From NCBI GenBank assembly GCA_002269645.1, contig NIVC01002305.1:1-64000 (forward strand): a stretch of DNA of 64,000 bases, in the 5' to 3' direction. The stretch is from Macrostomum lignano (taxonomy: Eukaryota). The notes under the pieces are model-generated. The model ran no database searches. It saw only the letters and a program-made list of their open reading frames with translations, and was not told the DNA's origin. The translations under genes were made by a program, and so were the position numbers. This document shows, in pieces, positions 1 through 21,670 of the stretch (within the stretch, counting starts at the first letter, position 1; every line of letters begins with the position of its first letter).

Positions 1-82
1 TAATACGAGGATAATGGGTTTACATGTACAGTAGTTAAGGAAATCTATAAACAGAATTGGAACACAGTATTTTAACACTCAC

Positions 83-4607
<4,525 letters not shown>

Positions 4608-4799
4608 AGTCCAGCTTGTATAATATCGGTACGGGTGCACCTGCAGCCTCTCTGATTGGTACAGAGCTTATCAGCGCTGTGCTGTGTGATTCACTGGTTT
4701 TTTCCTTTTCACGCGTAAGCCAGAAATCGTTTGTCAAGTCTGAAAGTTGAAATGGATTTCATTTATCAGTAATTTGAAAAGTCGATTAATCCAGATTAG

Positions 4800-5240
4800 A
4801 AACGCATTGATCTATATGAAAAACGCATTGATCTATATGAAAAATGCATTGATCTATATGAGAAATCGATTATTTTAAATTAGAAATTGATTAGCTTTTT
4901 TGAGAAACTTATTAATATATAAGATATATGTAATGTATTAATCTTTATGAGAAATTAATTAAGCTATATAATATATTGATTAATCTATATGAGAAATTAG
5001 TTAATCTATATGAGAAATTAGTTAATCTATATGAGAAATTAGTTAATCTATATGAGAAATCATGAGAAATTGGCTAAATTATATGAGAAATTGATTAATC
5101 TATGAGAAATTTGTTCATCTATATGAGAAATTGGTTAATCTGTATGAGAAATTGGGTAATCTATATGAGAAATTGGGTAATCTGTATGAGAAATTGGGTA
5201 ATCTATATGAGAAATTATGATAAATAGATTAATCTATATA
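4800..5240. repeat. Degenerate AT-rich 21-bp minisatellite (ATCTATATGAGAAATTAGTTA) upstream of XPOT
   Basis: Visible. Confidence 0.85.
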
Positions 5241-5803
5241 GGAAACCGATTATTTATGAGACATTGCATATCTATGTATTGATAATAAATAACATAAAAA
5301 CATACACGTAATATAATCGCATTAACTGACGCAATATATTTCAATTCAATTCTTACAGACTATTTCGCGCACCCAGAAGTAACAATAATGCCCGCAAGTG
5401 CCTATGACGAGCACAAGGCTGATATGACCTGCCGGGGACATCGGGTTGCACATAGGACAATACAATACATAGCTTTCATTTCTTCCCCAGCTTCAACAAA
5501 ATTAATAACAAAAACAAGTACTTTTAAAATTTATTGCAAGCATCGTAAAGCAGGAGAACAGAACAAAATAAGAGACAAACGCAACAGAAAAGAAACACTA
5601 AAAAGGACAAAAAATTGTGAAAGAACTAAACTTGTTTAGTAGAACAAAATAATTATAAGACGGAAAGTAATTCAATATTATAAACTTAGTAAAAATGACA
5701 ATGTGACAGTCGATCTTGAGCCACAGAAAATTAATTCAATTCAATTCACACAATCCACACCCCAATTAACACCAAACTCTAAGGCCCAAATTGTACACGC
5801 CAA

Positions 5804-6242
5804 AGGGCTGTTGTACACCCCGTGGGAGCGTGTGTATTGAGTGCTTTCCAGCATACTAGTATCCGCCGGGCTGTTGTACACCCCGTGGGAGCGTGTGTAT
5901 TGAGTGCCTTCCAGCATACTAGTATCCGCCGGGCTGTTGTACACCCCGTGGGAGCGTGTGTATTGAGTGCTTTCCAGCATACTAGTATCCGCCGGGCTGT
6001 TGTACACCCCGTGGGAGCGTGTATATTGAGTGCCTTCCAGCATACTAGTATCCGCCGGGCTGTTGTACACCCCGTGGGAGCGTGTGTATTGAGTGCCTTC
6101 CAGCATACTAGTATCCGCCGGGCTGTTGTACACCCCGTGGGAGCGTGTGTATTGAGTGCTTTCCAGCATACTAGTATCCGCCGGGCTGTTGTACACCCCG
6201 TGGGAGCGTGTGTACTGAGTGCTTTCCAGCATACTAGTATCC
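5804..6242. repeat. 63-bp tandem repeat, 7 units
   Basis: GGGCTGTTGTACACCCCGTGGGAGCGTGTGTATTGAGTGCTTTCCAGCATACTAGTATCCGCC; near-identical units with no spacers. Confidence 0.95.
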
Positions 6243-7061
6243 ACCGAAGGCGTTGCGCCAATATCGGAATCGGTAAAGGAAATGAGTAAACTAAAATAAA
6301 ATTGCCATTAACAGAAATATTGAATAGTAAAAAACTAATATATGACTTACGCGTACATATATAGTATAAACTTAAAAGTGGAAATAAAAGAGAGACATAT
6401 ACAAAAGAAGCAATTCAAGCTAATCAATGATATTCCACGAAGATCATAATTGCGCTCATTAACAAACGATGATACCGGAGGAAAATAAAAAAATTAAACA
6501 ATGCAAATTGTGACAATACAACAATATCGAGCAGTTTAAATCATTTTGGTGTATCCGTGCCTGTTAATTAAACATACTACTATACACGCATATAGAGCTA
6601 CTCATTATGCAAATATACGAGCAGGCAATAAAAAAGAACTTAAAAACGCACGATGCACTACTATTCATTAATTTTACCACTAAAAGTAGCACGGATAGAA
6701 TTTTATTTTTAAAAAGTACTTTGTGCGCCTTAATAAAATTAACCAATATTGTCTCCGAGACCAATTTAAAAAAAACACGCGTGACTAGAACAAAAGATTT
6801 ATGCGCAAAAGAAAGCTAATAAATTTTGCGGAAGAATATCAAATTTAAAGCGGCGATTAACTTGTATTATAGTAAAATAAATAATACAACGCAGTCGAAT
6901 GATGCTACTAACTAAAGAGTTTCTCAGTAGACGCACAGAAAAATCGATAATTTTTTAATGCTCTTCAAAAATGGGTCAATATTTTGGGTGAACTTGTGCG
7001 TATAAGTTAAATACGATTTCGCACACATTAAAATTGTCATTTTGATTAGAAACAAACACGC

Positions 7062-10000
7062 TTAACTAATTACAAAGCTGGTATTGCCCAAAATTTCCTC
7101 ATCCTCAGACTGGCAGTCGTCGCAGATGCCGCGTATGTCAGCGCCGTCGGTTCCAACGTGGCCGCATCGTTCCGGCATCATCAGTTTGAGCAGGGGACGA
7201 TTGCCGCTGCCAGTGCCCCGCTTGCCGAACGCTCCTGTGTAGGGATACTGAGGGAATTTGAGATGGGGCGGGATGCAGCTGCGAGTATTCATGTAGCTAT
7301 TCTCGATGACTTGGGGATAGATATTAAACTGGGAGGATCTGTGGGGCTGTCCCAGCAACTGAAGATCTGGGAGGCTGGCCCAGCAACTGAGGATCTGGGA
7401 GGCTGGCCCAGCAACTGAGGATCTGGGAGGCTGGCCCAGCAACTGAAGATCTGGGAGGCTGGCCCAGCAACTGAGGATCTGGGAGGCTGTCCCAGCAACT
7501 GAAGATCTGGGAGGCTGGCCCAGCAACTGAGGATCTGGGAGGCTGGCCCAGCAACTGAGGATCTGGGAGGCTGGCCCAGCAGCTGAGGATCTGGGAGGCT
7601 GGCCCAGCAGCTGAGGATCTGGGAGGCTGGCCCGGCAACTGAGGATCTGGGAGGCTGGCCCAGCAGCTGAGGATCTGGGAGGCTGGCCCAGCAACTGAGG
7701 ATCTGTGGGGCTGTCCCAGCAACTGAAGATCTGGGAGGCTGGCCCAGCTACTGATCTGGGAGGCTGGCCCAGCAACTAAGGATCTGGGAGGCTGGCTCAG
7801 CAACTGAGGATCTGGGAGGCTGGCGGTGGTGGCCCAGAGCTGCGAAGATGGTAACAGTTGAAATGCAAGAGCAATAAGATGCATGATGCACTAATAGCAT
7901 ATTGTGCAGAACATCTACATGCATACAACACAGAAATATATAAATGCAGTCACGCTAGTACTTTCACACTACTATATGCATAAATATGAAAGTATATAGT
8001 GCATCTAAATGCATGCATTAGTTACAGGGGGCAAATAGGAACTATCTGCTAAAAGCTTTAGTTTAAAAAACCTTAATTCCAAAGAGTAGTGCCATACACA
8101 ACATGGAGATAAAAACAAGACCAAATACAGAAATACATTCAAGAATGTACCTGTGATATTGTGAAGCAGAAAAACTTGGTAGTTTAAAAAATCAGTCCAA
8201 AGTTTAGAAAGGTATATAAATACGAGCTATTCAATTATAGCAAGAAAAACCGGTAATAGACTGCTTCGTTTTAACTCCGACTTGGAGTACAGGAGGTCCT
8301 TTGAACCTGCGCGTGACAAGCAAATGTAAGATAGACAATAAATCATGGCTTACATATGGCATTGGCGTTATGGGAAATTGCGAACGACGGAAGTATTATC
8401 ATATTGATAATTCAAAATCTAGGAATTAGGAGAGAATTTTTTGCATAGTGGATTCTACTAGTGGCTTAGGAGAGATTCTATTGGCGATTTAGGGGAGATT
8501 CTATCAGCGATTTAGGGGATTCTGTTGGCGATTTAGAGGAGGTTCTATCAGCGATTTAGGGGATTCTGTTGGCGATTTAGGGGAGATTCTGTTGGCGGTT
8601 TAGGGGAGATTTTATTGGCGGTTTAGGGGAGATTTTATTGGCGGTTTAGGGGAGATTTTATTGGCGATTGAGGGGAGATTCTATTGGCGGTTTAGGGGAG
8701 ATCCTATTGGCGATTTAGGGGAGATTCTATTGGCGGTTTAGGGGAGATTCTATTGGCGATTTAGGGGATATCCTATTGGCGATTTAGGGGAGATTCTATT
8801 GGCGGTTTAGGGGAGATTCTACGGGAGAAGATACACGCAGTATACACGCGGACAAGCCGTAGGTAAAACAATCAGGCTCAACTCACATTCAAAGAATTAT
8901 TGCTTCTCTTTAACTCAGAGAACGAGTCGCGCTGTGACTTTCGACACACGGTTCTAACAAAGATGCCAAATACTTGCAATAGATTTTTGCCGATACAGAA
9001 GTCGCACAATACGCAGGCTAGCACTAGAAGCCAGCTAGTAATTAACAATATAGCGTTCAGCGCTTGCAACAATCTAATTGGCCAATTACGCGAATTGCTT
9101 TGATGGTCGCCGTCGCCGCTAGTAGGCTGAGATTGCGACACCCAGGACAGCACCAGTAGCAATAGGCCTAGGCAGAGCAGGCCAAGGTTTAATAGAGAGT
9201 ACAGGCGATACAGGTGCAACTGCGGGCAGGTATGAAACAATAAGCGAAGGATACTACTAAGAGTAGCAATCGTTGAAAACGTTAGTAATAGCATTTTAAA
9301 ATTAAAAATGGTTACTTACCAAGCGCTGCAACGATGTCTTTGAATACCAAAGAGCGAAAATACTGGAGATTATCATCTGCAATTTCAAGCAATTATTCAA
9401 ATTAATCAATATTACAATATAATAGAAAATTCTGGAAACGGAAAAAATTGACAGGCAACATTACTAACGTTTATAGCTTTACACTATACTGCAGCAGACA
9501 ATTCAGTATTTTTTTTATTTTATACAGACAACCTACACCGACACACTTGAAATCTACATCGGCACATCTCAAACCTACACCGACACATCTCAAACCTACA
9601 CCGACACACTTGAAATCTACATCGGCACATCTCAAACCTACACCGACATATCTCGAACCTACACCGACACATCTCAAATCTACACTGACACATCTCAAAT
9701 CTACACTGACACATCTCAAACCTACACCGACACATCTCAAACCTACAGACACATCTCAAACCTACAGACACATCTCAAACCTACACCGACACATCCCAAG
9801 CTTACACTGACACATCTCAAACCTAAACCGACACATCTCGAACCTACACCGACACACTTGAAATCTACATCGGCACATCTCAAACCTACAGACACATCCC
9901 AAGCTTACACTGACACATCTCAAACCTACACCGACACATCTCGAACCTACACCGACACACTTGAAATCTACATCGGCACATCTCAAACCTACAGACACAT

Positions 10001-11188
10001 CTCAAACCTACACTGACACATCTCAAACCTACAGACACATCTCAAACCTACACTGACACATCTCAAACCTACACTGACACATCTCAAACCTACAGACACA
10101 TCTCAAACCTACACTGACACATCTCAAACCTACACTGACACATCTCAAACCTACACTGACACATCTCAAACCTACACTGACACATCTCAAACCTACACTG
10201 ACACATCTCAAACCTACAGACACATCTCAAACCTACACTGACACATCTCAAACCTACACTGACACATCTCAAACCTACACTGACACATCTCAAACCTACA
10301 GACACATCTCAAACCTACACCGACACATCTCAAACCTACACTGACACATCTCAAACCTACACTGACACATCTCAAACCTACACTGACACATCTCAAACCT
10401 ACACTGACACATCTCAAACCTACACTGACACATCTCAAACCTACAGACACATCTCAAACCTACAGACACATCTCAAACCTACACTGACACATCTCAAACC
10501 TACAGACACATCTCAAACCTACAGACACATTTCAAACCTACACCGACACTGTCACGGACATACCTACAATCCACAGGTAGGATACCCACAAGCCTACAAA
10601 AGCCAGCACTTCCCCGCGCCAACGACTCACCGATATTGAGCACCAGAGAGGAAAGCCAAACCCCGCAGTGACATCAAACGGTTGAGCCTGTTCAGTCTCT
10701 TTAAACATCGAGCTGGTGCTAAACGCGGTGGAAGAAGCGTTATTACGATCGCTAGCCCTATTAGCGCAAGATCTATATAGGGCATCCGATAGGCCAATCA
10801 CGCAGCCAACTAAGCCCAGCACTAGCTGAGCCCAGCCCAGCAGCAATGGTACGCGCGAATTAGTTCTAGCGCTAACCACCTCTAATAGACTGTCGGCGTC
10901 TCCGTCTCGACCGCTTCTATTACTACTTCTGGCGTTAATAGTAGTAGCATTAGCATTACTAGCATTATTACTAATCGGGGTAGCAGTATTATCTAATTGA
11001 ACTGACGGCCTGACAGCGGTTGTAGGCGCAGACGAAAACGCTGCATTACTATTGCTATGATTACTATTAGTAATATTATTATTAGCTATCCGATTTGAGG
11101 CAACCGCAGGAATGGCAACAATGGAATCGTCAGAAACAATTTCAGGTTCGCTCCGTGTGTGATAGCCGGCGACTTGACTAGGCATCAT
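7062..11188 (-). CDS. Four-transmembrane MS4A/CD20-like protein; 3' exon structure uncertain
   Basis: Exons 11188-10631, 9376-9320, 9219-8887 (all phase 0, GT-AG) give four hydrophobic segments (LLLGWAQLVLGLVGCVIGL; GFGFPLWCSISMIISSIFALW; LYSLLNLGLLCLGLLLLVLSW; LNAILLITSWLLVLACVLC). The next exon is either 8418-8368 (ILNYQYDNTSVVRNFP*) or 7328-7062; both are in phase. Confidence 0.6.
7329..7822. repeat. 28-bp minisatellite (GGGAGGCTGGCCCAGCAACTGAGGATCT)
   Basis: Visible. Confidence 0.95.
8478..8822. repeat. 23-bp minisatellite (GGGGAGATTCTATTGGCGATTTA)
   Basis: Visible. Confidence 0.92.
9528..10545. repeat. 21/19-bp minisatellite (ACACATCTCAAACCTACA[CT]G), intronic
   Basis: Visible. Confidence 0.95.
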
Positions 11189-11427
11189 TTCTCAACTGAG
11201 CAATGGATGATGGATTGCTGGGTGGAAGCTGACAGGCCACTATGCATTCATTGCCAACAATGGCTGATGTTATCAATCAAATACGAAGACGAAGTGGCAT
11301 GCAAGACCAAGAGTTAAAATACGGTTATTTTTTATTTTAAACGTAAAACTAACAAAATAACTACATGTGTAAATACACAGTCCAACATAGAGACATCCAA
11401 ATCCTATATAGAATTCAGTTTCAGCTA

Positions 11428-12196
11428 AGATTCTCAATCACAGGTAAGAGATTACCAATCACAGGTAAGAGATTCTCAATCACAGGTAAAAGATTTCCAA
11501 TCACAGGCAAGAGATTTCCAATCACAGGTAAGAGATTACCAATCACAGGTAAGAGATTACCAATCACAGGTAAGAGATTCTCAATCACAGGTGAGAGATT
11601 CCCAATCAGAAGTAGGAGATTCCCAATCAAAGGTAAGAGATTCCCAATCACAGGTGAGAGATTTACAATCACAGGTGAGAGATTCCTAATCACAGGTAAG
11701 ATATTACCAATGACAGGTAAGAGGTAAGAAAACCCAAATCTCAGGTGGGAGAACCCCAATCTCAGGTGTGAGAACCCCAATCTCAGGTGAGAGAACCCCA
11801 ATCCCAGGTGAGAGAACCCCAATCCCAGGTGAGAGAACCCCAATCCTAGGTGAGAGAACCCCAATCCCAGGTGAGAGAACCCCAATCTCAGGTGAGAGAA
11901 CCTCAATCTCAGGCGAGAGAACCCCAATCTGAGGTAAGAGAACCCCAATCCCAGGTGAGAGAAACCCAATCTGAGGTGAGAGAACCCCAATCCCAGGTGT
12001 GAGAACCCCAATCCCAGGTGTGAGAACCCCAATCCCAGGTGTGAGAACCCCAATCCCAGGTATGAGAACCCCAATCCCAGGTGTGAGAACCCCAATCCCA
12101 GGTGTGAGAACCCCAATCCCAGGTGTGAGAACCCCAATCCCAGATGTGAGAACCCCAATTTCAGGTGAGAGAACCCCAATCCCAGGTGAGAGAACC
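11428..12196. repeat. Two adjacent related 21-bp minisatellites (AATCACAGGTAAGAGATTACC then GAGAACCCCAATCCCAGGTGA)
   Basis: Visible; switch near 11722. Confidence 0.92.
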
Positions 12197-12960
12197 TAGA
12201 TAACAATGTTTCGTAAAAGCCTATTGTACCAAATCATAAAATAATTCGAAAAGACAACGAAGTCAGAAAATGACACCATACAGAGCATAAAGTTTATTTT
12301 ATAGAGCCATTGATTGTCATCTGCCTACTAAAAAATGACTTGAATAATAAAAAGGCCTACAAATATTCGTAAATTGTTAAATGAAAAAGCACCATTAATC
12401 AGTGATCATAAACAGACTAAATATTCTAATATTCAGATTTCAAGTCACAGAGCGAATGCACAAACGAATGCACTGTAGCGATAGATACTACTAGATACTA
12501 CTTATTAACTTATGCTACTTATCAACTAGAAGACTACAAAAATACGGTATATATAAACAAGCACTAAATTAATACAAAATTGTAAAGTTAATCACAGAGG
12601 GACAAATCAATTCGGCAAAGTATTATTTCACACAAAAACATTGCCACTCTACAATGAATTGTAAAAAGTGCAGTTATTTTGTAAACTCTGGAATAGAACA
12701 GACAGACAGTCATAGAGCAACGTCAGCACCAACAATTAGGAAAAAAATTGTCAAATATCTTAAAAAGATTGTCGCTCAACAGAGTTAACTGATTTTAATG
12801 CACTTTTAATAATAAATGATTACGGCGGACGCACTGATAATCCACTGGTCTACGATAATTGACAGCCACAAATTGCCAAACTTCCAAATCAGACCCTCAC
12901 CATATACCTCTAACCTAAACTCTAACCCTAGACGAAAAACCTAACGCTAACAAAATTAAT

Positions 12961-13264
12961 TTAATAATAATTGATTACACCTGCCCCAATTGGGAGATGT
13001 GCAACCGACAGCTCAGCCGCAGCTATTGCGCGGCGCATCTGAAGGCTGCGTACGGCTGTTCAGTCCAGGGACTGGGGGGTCGTCACACACCCTCAATTAC
13101 CCCAGCTAATGCTGGCACCCATTTTACAGCTGGGTGAACTGAAGCAATGCAGATTTAAGCGTCTTGGTCAAGGACACAAATTGTTCCGAGTGGACCGAGA
13201 ATCGAACACCCCACCCCACCTTCAGGCCGTGAGTCCGAGACTTTCACCACTAAGCTACAACCCC
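12961..13264 (-). mobile_element. tRNA-derived SINE, copy 1
   Basis: On -: A-box TAGCTTAGTGG, B-box GTTCGATTC, central GTGTCCTTGACCAAGACGCTTAA motif, (TTA)-like tail; homologous copies at 28715 and 41476. Confidence 0.75.
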
Positions 13265-13839
13265 ACTAGGCTAACCTAAACAGTAACCCTAGACCATAGC
13301 TATCCCTAATCTAAAATTTTAAACCGTAACCTAAAACCAAAACCTATAATTCTAACCTAAACCTAACTTAAAAGCTAACCCTAATACAAACATCGGCAGT
13401 AAACTTGTGTTGTGCTGTCAACATACTGATTCAGGTTAAACAATACTGAGGTGAAGAAAAACTCGAGGAAAAATCATTTCAATCTAATCAAAAATTCATT
13501 AGTGACTTGTATAGAAGACGTTAAATAGTTCATTTAGTATGAAAAACACTTCAATATAAAAAACTGAAGCAAATTTATTATGCTCGGTCAATTGGTCAGT
13601 CATAAATTACAAAAACAGACAAGTATATAAGGATTTACTGCGTCACCAAGATAGCTCTACACCAAAACCATTATAGTCTTAGGAAAGCACCATTGCCCGC
13701 CAACGATAAGACGATATATAATTATAATAATGCGATGGGAAGATTAAAAGAGGCACCATAATATCCCCGCCTGAACTTGTAGCAGTCCACCCACCGCGCG
13801 ATAATTGTCTCCATAGCAACAAGCACTTGACCGAATCAC

Positions 13840-17779
<3,940 letters not shown>

Positions 17780-17929
17780 CTGAAGAATACAATTGATAGA
17801 CAATTATACGATACATATTATACAGAAATTTAGGGAACGTAAATTGAATTCTGTGACAAAGCTCTAAACTACTTAAAGTAGGATAAATAGCCGGATATTA
17901 AAAGCTCATTTAACGATGCAAAACGGCTC

Positions 17930-18230
17930 TAACACAACTCAAGGCGAATCTAACTGTCTAACACAACTGAAAGCGACTCTAGAACGACTCAAAGCGACTC
18001 TAAAACGACTCAAAGCGACTCTAAAACGACTCAAAGCGACTCTAAAACGACTCAAAGCGACTCTAAAACGACTCAAAGCGACTCTAACATGACTCAAAGC
18101 GACTCTAACATGACTGAAAGCGACTCTAAACGACTCAAAGGGGCTCTAACACGACTCAAAGGGGCTCTAACACGACTCAAAGGGGCTCTAACACGACTCA
18201 AAGTGATTCTAACACGATTCAAAGCCACGC
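17930..18230. repeat. 21-bp minisatellite (AAAGCGACTCTAAAACGACTC) upstream of the first Rab exon
   Basis: Visible. Confidence 0.9.
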
Positions 18231-19195
18231 TGACATAGCTCAAAGTGAATTCAATACTCTAAATGGATCATTGACAACTATGGAGACCTTAAATCTAGTA
18301 GCTATCAATAACTACTCAAAAATTGACAGCTAAATTTAACACATAAATCAGATTTCCGGCTCTAGTTTTGCATATAATAACTATCTATAGACTCATAAGT
18401 AAATGATTAACAATGCAAGTACTACATATGCAACTTATTTATTATATATATATATATGTATTCATGTACTAATTATTAATGAAGACAGTGAATATTTTTA
18501 CCCGTGAAACACAAGCAGAGATTGACAATATTTAACAGAGAAATAAAAAAATATTTCAAGAAACTACTATCATTAATACAGCACAAGGTAACACAAGATT
18601 AAATTAGAGAAAAGCAGGAAAGCGTTGTATACGTTAGAGTCTACAAAATTACGAACGTATGCAGGTTACTTCTTAATTAACTCGAAAATATACACAAAAA
18701 TTCAACAGAAACGAGCTGCTTTCACGCCAAGGACTAAGTTTCTTGTAAAATTTTAGGAGGCTTTTCTTATCGAAAAAAATGCATTACGGAGATGCGAGAT
18801 TTTAATTTCTTCATCACAGTTGATATGTCATGCCTTACTTATAGCTCTTTCGATATTCATAAAGCTATAATAAAGGTAAGACATGTCAAAAGATAAACAT
18901 AGGGTCTTCCTCCCTATCAAAAGTAGAAACAATTTTAGTGCTGATAAAATGAAAACATTCTATTTCCGTAATGTACTTTTGCGATAAAACCTGTCTTCTC
19001 AAAAGTTTCCAAGAAACACAGTGTCCCGTCCTCCTACTTCTGGCTTCACCAATATACACAGTTGAATATTCCAAGTAATAAAGCGACGCTAAAATTGGCT
19101 AACATGATTAATTTTCTGCGAGAATCATTCAATTTCCACTATACACGGCGCTCAGTAACCCGATCGCTAGTGTGAGGAGAAAAAGGAAAAGTTGC

Positions 19196-21149
19196 TCAAT
19201 CTTTCTTCCGTCGTTTGCCGAGTAAAGTCTTCGCCAACTGTTGCCCATCAGTTGCGCTGGTTGAGCAGCGTTTCCGGTTCGGCGATGAAGAGGTTGCAGC
19301 AGCAGCCTCAGTTTCAGCACCGCCCTCGACAACAGCAGACTTAGCAGCCAATTTCTGCTCTAAAGAAGCAATTCTAGTTTTCAACTGGTTGATAGTCTGC
19401 CTACTAGAACGTTCATGAGAGGCCAAATTTAATCTCAACTGTTTAACTGCGGCAGAATTTGAGCACACAGTCGCTTTTAAACTAAGAATCTCGCCAAGCA
19501 GTCGTTGAACGCACTGACGATCGTCATTGGCGGCCGCCGCAGCGTCCGGGCCAGCTGTGGCCGAGTTTGAACCAGCGACCGCGCCAGGTGCCGCGGTGGT
19601 GGCGGAGGCGGCCGCGGCGGCAGCTAATCGTGACAATTGTCGCTGATCACCAGCTGCGGCCATCAGCGACAGCAACGATGAGGAAGAATGCGAATGCGAG
19701 CAGGCAGGCTGGGCAGCTGATGCGGATCCAACTGCCGCATAGACTGGCAGCGAGTGCTGAGAAGCTGCAGCCGCTGCCGCAGCTGCGTCAATTTTAACCA
19801 GCGGTTCAATCTGCTCTTCAAAGTGTTCCATAGCCATGCTAGACAGATCGCGCAATTCGTGCAATAATTCGTGCGCTCTAGGCGGCTCTACAGTGGCTCG
19901 AACTGTGCGCAATATTCGAAATAATTCGTCCAATACTCGGCCCGGTATGAAGCAGCAGCGGCCAAATTGCATGTGCTTTACGTATGTCATGCCGAGCAGG
20001 GACACCTGTGCGATGCCAATTTAAACAGCCATTTTTAATTGCGCCGTTTACCCCAATCTCCTTTGATGGGTGCCGGTGTGAATCCCGCCTCTTCTCCAGT
20101 TTCATGTGTGTGTTCCGATTTTTCCCTGTTCCCTGTGTAGGTTCTGCTTTTTCCCTTGTTCCCTGTGTAGGTTCCGCTTTTCACCTGTTCCCTGTGTAGG
20201 TTCCGCTTTCCCCCTGTTCCCTGTGTGGGTTCTGCTTTTCCCCCTGTTCCCTGTGTAGGTTCCGATTTTCCCCCTGTTCCCTGTGTAGGTTCCGCTTTCC
20301 CCCTGTTCCCTGTGTGGGTTCTGCTTTTCCCCCTGTTCCCTGTGTAGGTTCCGCTTTTTACCCTGTTCCCTGTGTAGGTTCCGATTTTCCCCCTGTTCCC
20401 TGTGTGGGTTCTGCTTTTCCCCAGTTCCCTGTGTGGGTTTCGCTTCTTTCCCCTGTTCCCTGTGTAGGTTCCGCTTTTTCCCCCTGTTCCCTGTGTAGGT
20501 TCCGCTTTTTACCCTGTTCCCTGTGTAGGTTCCGATTTTCCCCCTGTTCCCTGTGTAGGTTCCGCTTTTCACCCAGTTCCCTGTGTAGGTTCCGCTTTTC
20601 ACCCTGTTCCCTGTGTAGGTTCCGCTTTCCCCCTGTTCCCTGTGTGGGTTCTGCTTTCCCCCCTGTTCCCTGTGTAGGTTCCGCTTTTCACCCTGTTCCC
20701 TGTGTAGGTTCCGATTTTCCCCAGTTCCCTGTGTGGGTTTCGCTTCTTTCTCCATTCTTTCGGACAATCCTATAATAAGAATATTAAACTGAACTTACCC
20801 GCGTGTCAACAGCTGACAGAATTTCGCTATGCCTACTAAACGGATGCTGCTTCCTTTCCGACTCGCGCCTAGGCAGCTTGGCTTTAACAAATCGCTGACT
20901 ATCTTGCAAAGTCCGTTCGAGTTTATAGAAACCGCGATTCAAACGACGCTCGCACAGCTGATTAGCCTGACGAGATACTGGCCGCAGCTGACTAATAGTG
21001 GCATAGCTTAGGTAGCTGAAAATCTTGTCTAGCACCAGGTCTGGCAATTCAAACAGACCCATCATTCTATTGCCGCTTGAGTCTGCTGCTTCTAATAATA
21101 AACTACTGCTGTCAGCATTGCTGTTGCAGTTGCTTGAGCGCGACTGCAT
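19196..21149 (-). CDS. FBXO28: F-box only protein 28
   Basis: Exons 21149-20799 and 20005-19196. F-box (LFELPDLVLDKIFSYLSY), then KLPRRESERKQHP, CCFIPGRVLDE and RAHELLHELRDLSSMAMEHFEE as in FBXO28; Ala-rich insert and coiled-coil tail. Confidence 0.92.
20120..20752. repeat. 29-30-bp minisatellite (CTGTGTAGGTTCCGCTTTTCCCCCTGTTCC), FBXO28 intron
   Basis: Visible. Confidence 0.95.
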
Positions 21150-21670
21150 TATTAACTTAATAGCTCTAAAACTGTTTAAGCTCAAATCAGTACTTTTTAT
21201 TTCTTTGTATGAAATGCATGCATTTTACAAACAAAAGTACATTAGTACTTTAACAGTTTTTTCAATGTTGATAATAAAGATCTTCCTCAAGTTTAATAAC
21301 TTGGCCATTCATACTAGATTTTTTATTAAAATAGAGTTTGGGTACTATGTTTGAAAATTGAACAAAGTCAAAGTGTGAAATAAACTACCCTTAGATTTTA
21401 TGGCTTAAACACTGACATAAACATTGACAGTTTTAATATATAGCCAACTGTTGCGCATGTATAGTTGTACTACTACTTACTACTATAATACCCTTTACTA
21501 CTTATTAGTATTACTAGCAAAAGCAATCTATCTTTCTAAATAGTAACAATGACATAGTAACAATGTCATCATAAACAACTCTTTATTTCATACATATAAA
21601 GCATAAATGCAAATGATATAATAATGATTTGATATAATCACATAAATGTTATTATACTATACATACATGT

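Noticed and set aside
8260-8310. SELKRS-like echo of the MS4A exon 3 end (TCGGAGTTAAAACGAAGCAGT vs TCTGAGTTAAAGAGAAGCAAT)
   Set aside because: Only 21 bp and I could not place it in a consistent exon chain; may be chance.
9247-9255. GTATCCTTC on - (U12-like donor) in the MS4A-like gene
   Set aside because: Only ~35 nt from the next AG, no branch motif, and a canonical GTAAGT donor at 9319 already keeps the frame.
12900-13390. Telomere-like CTAACC/CCCTAA motifs flanking SINE copy 1
   Set aside because: Too degenerate and non-tandem to call interstitial telomeric repeat.
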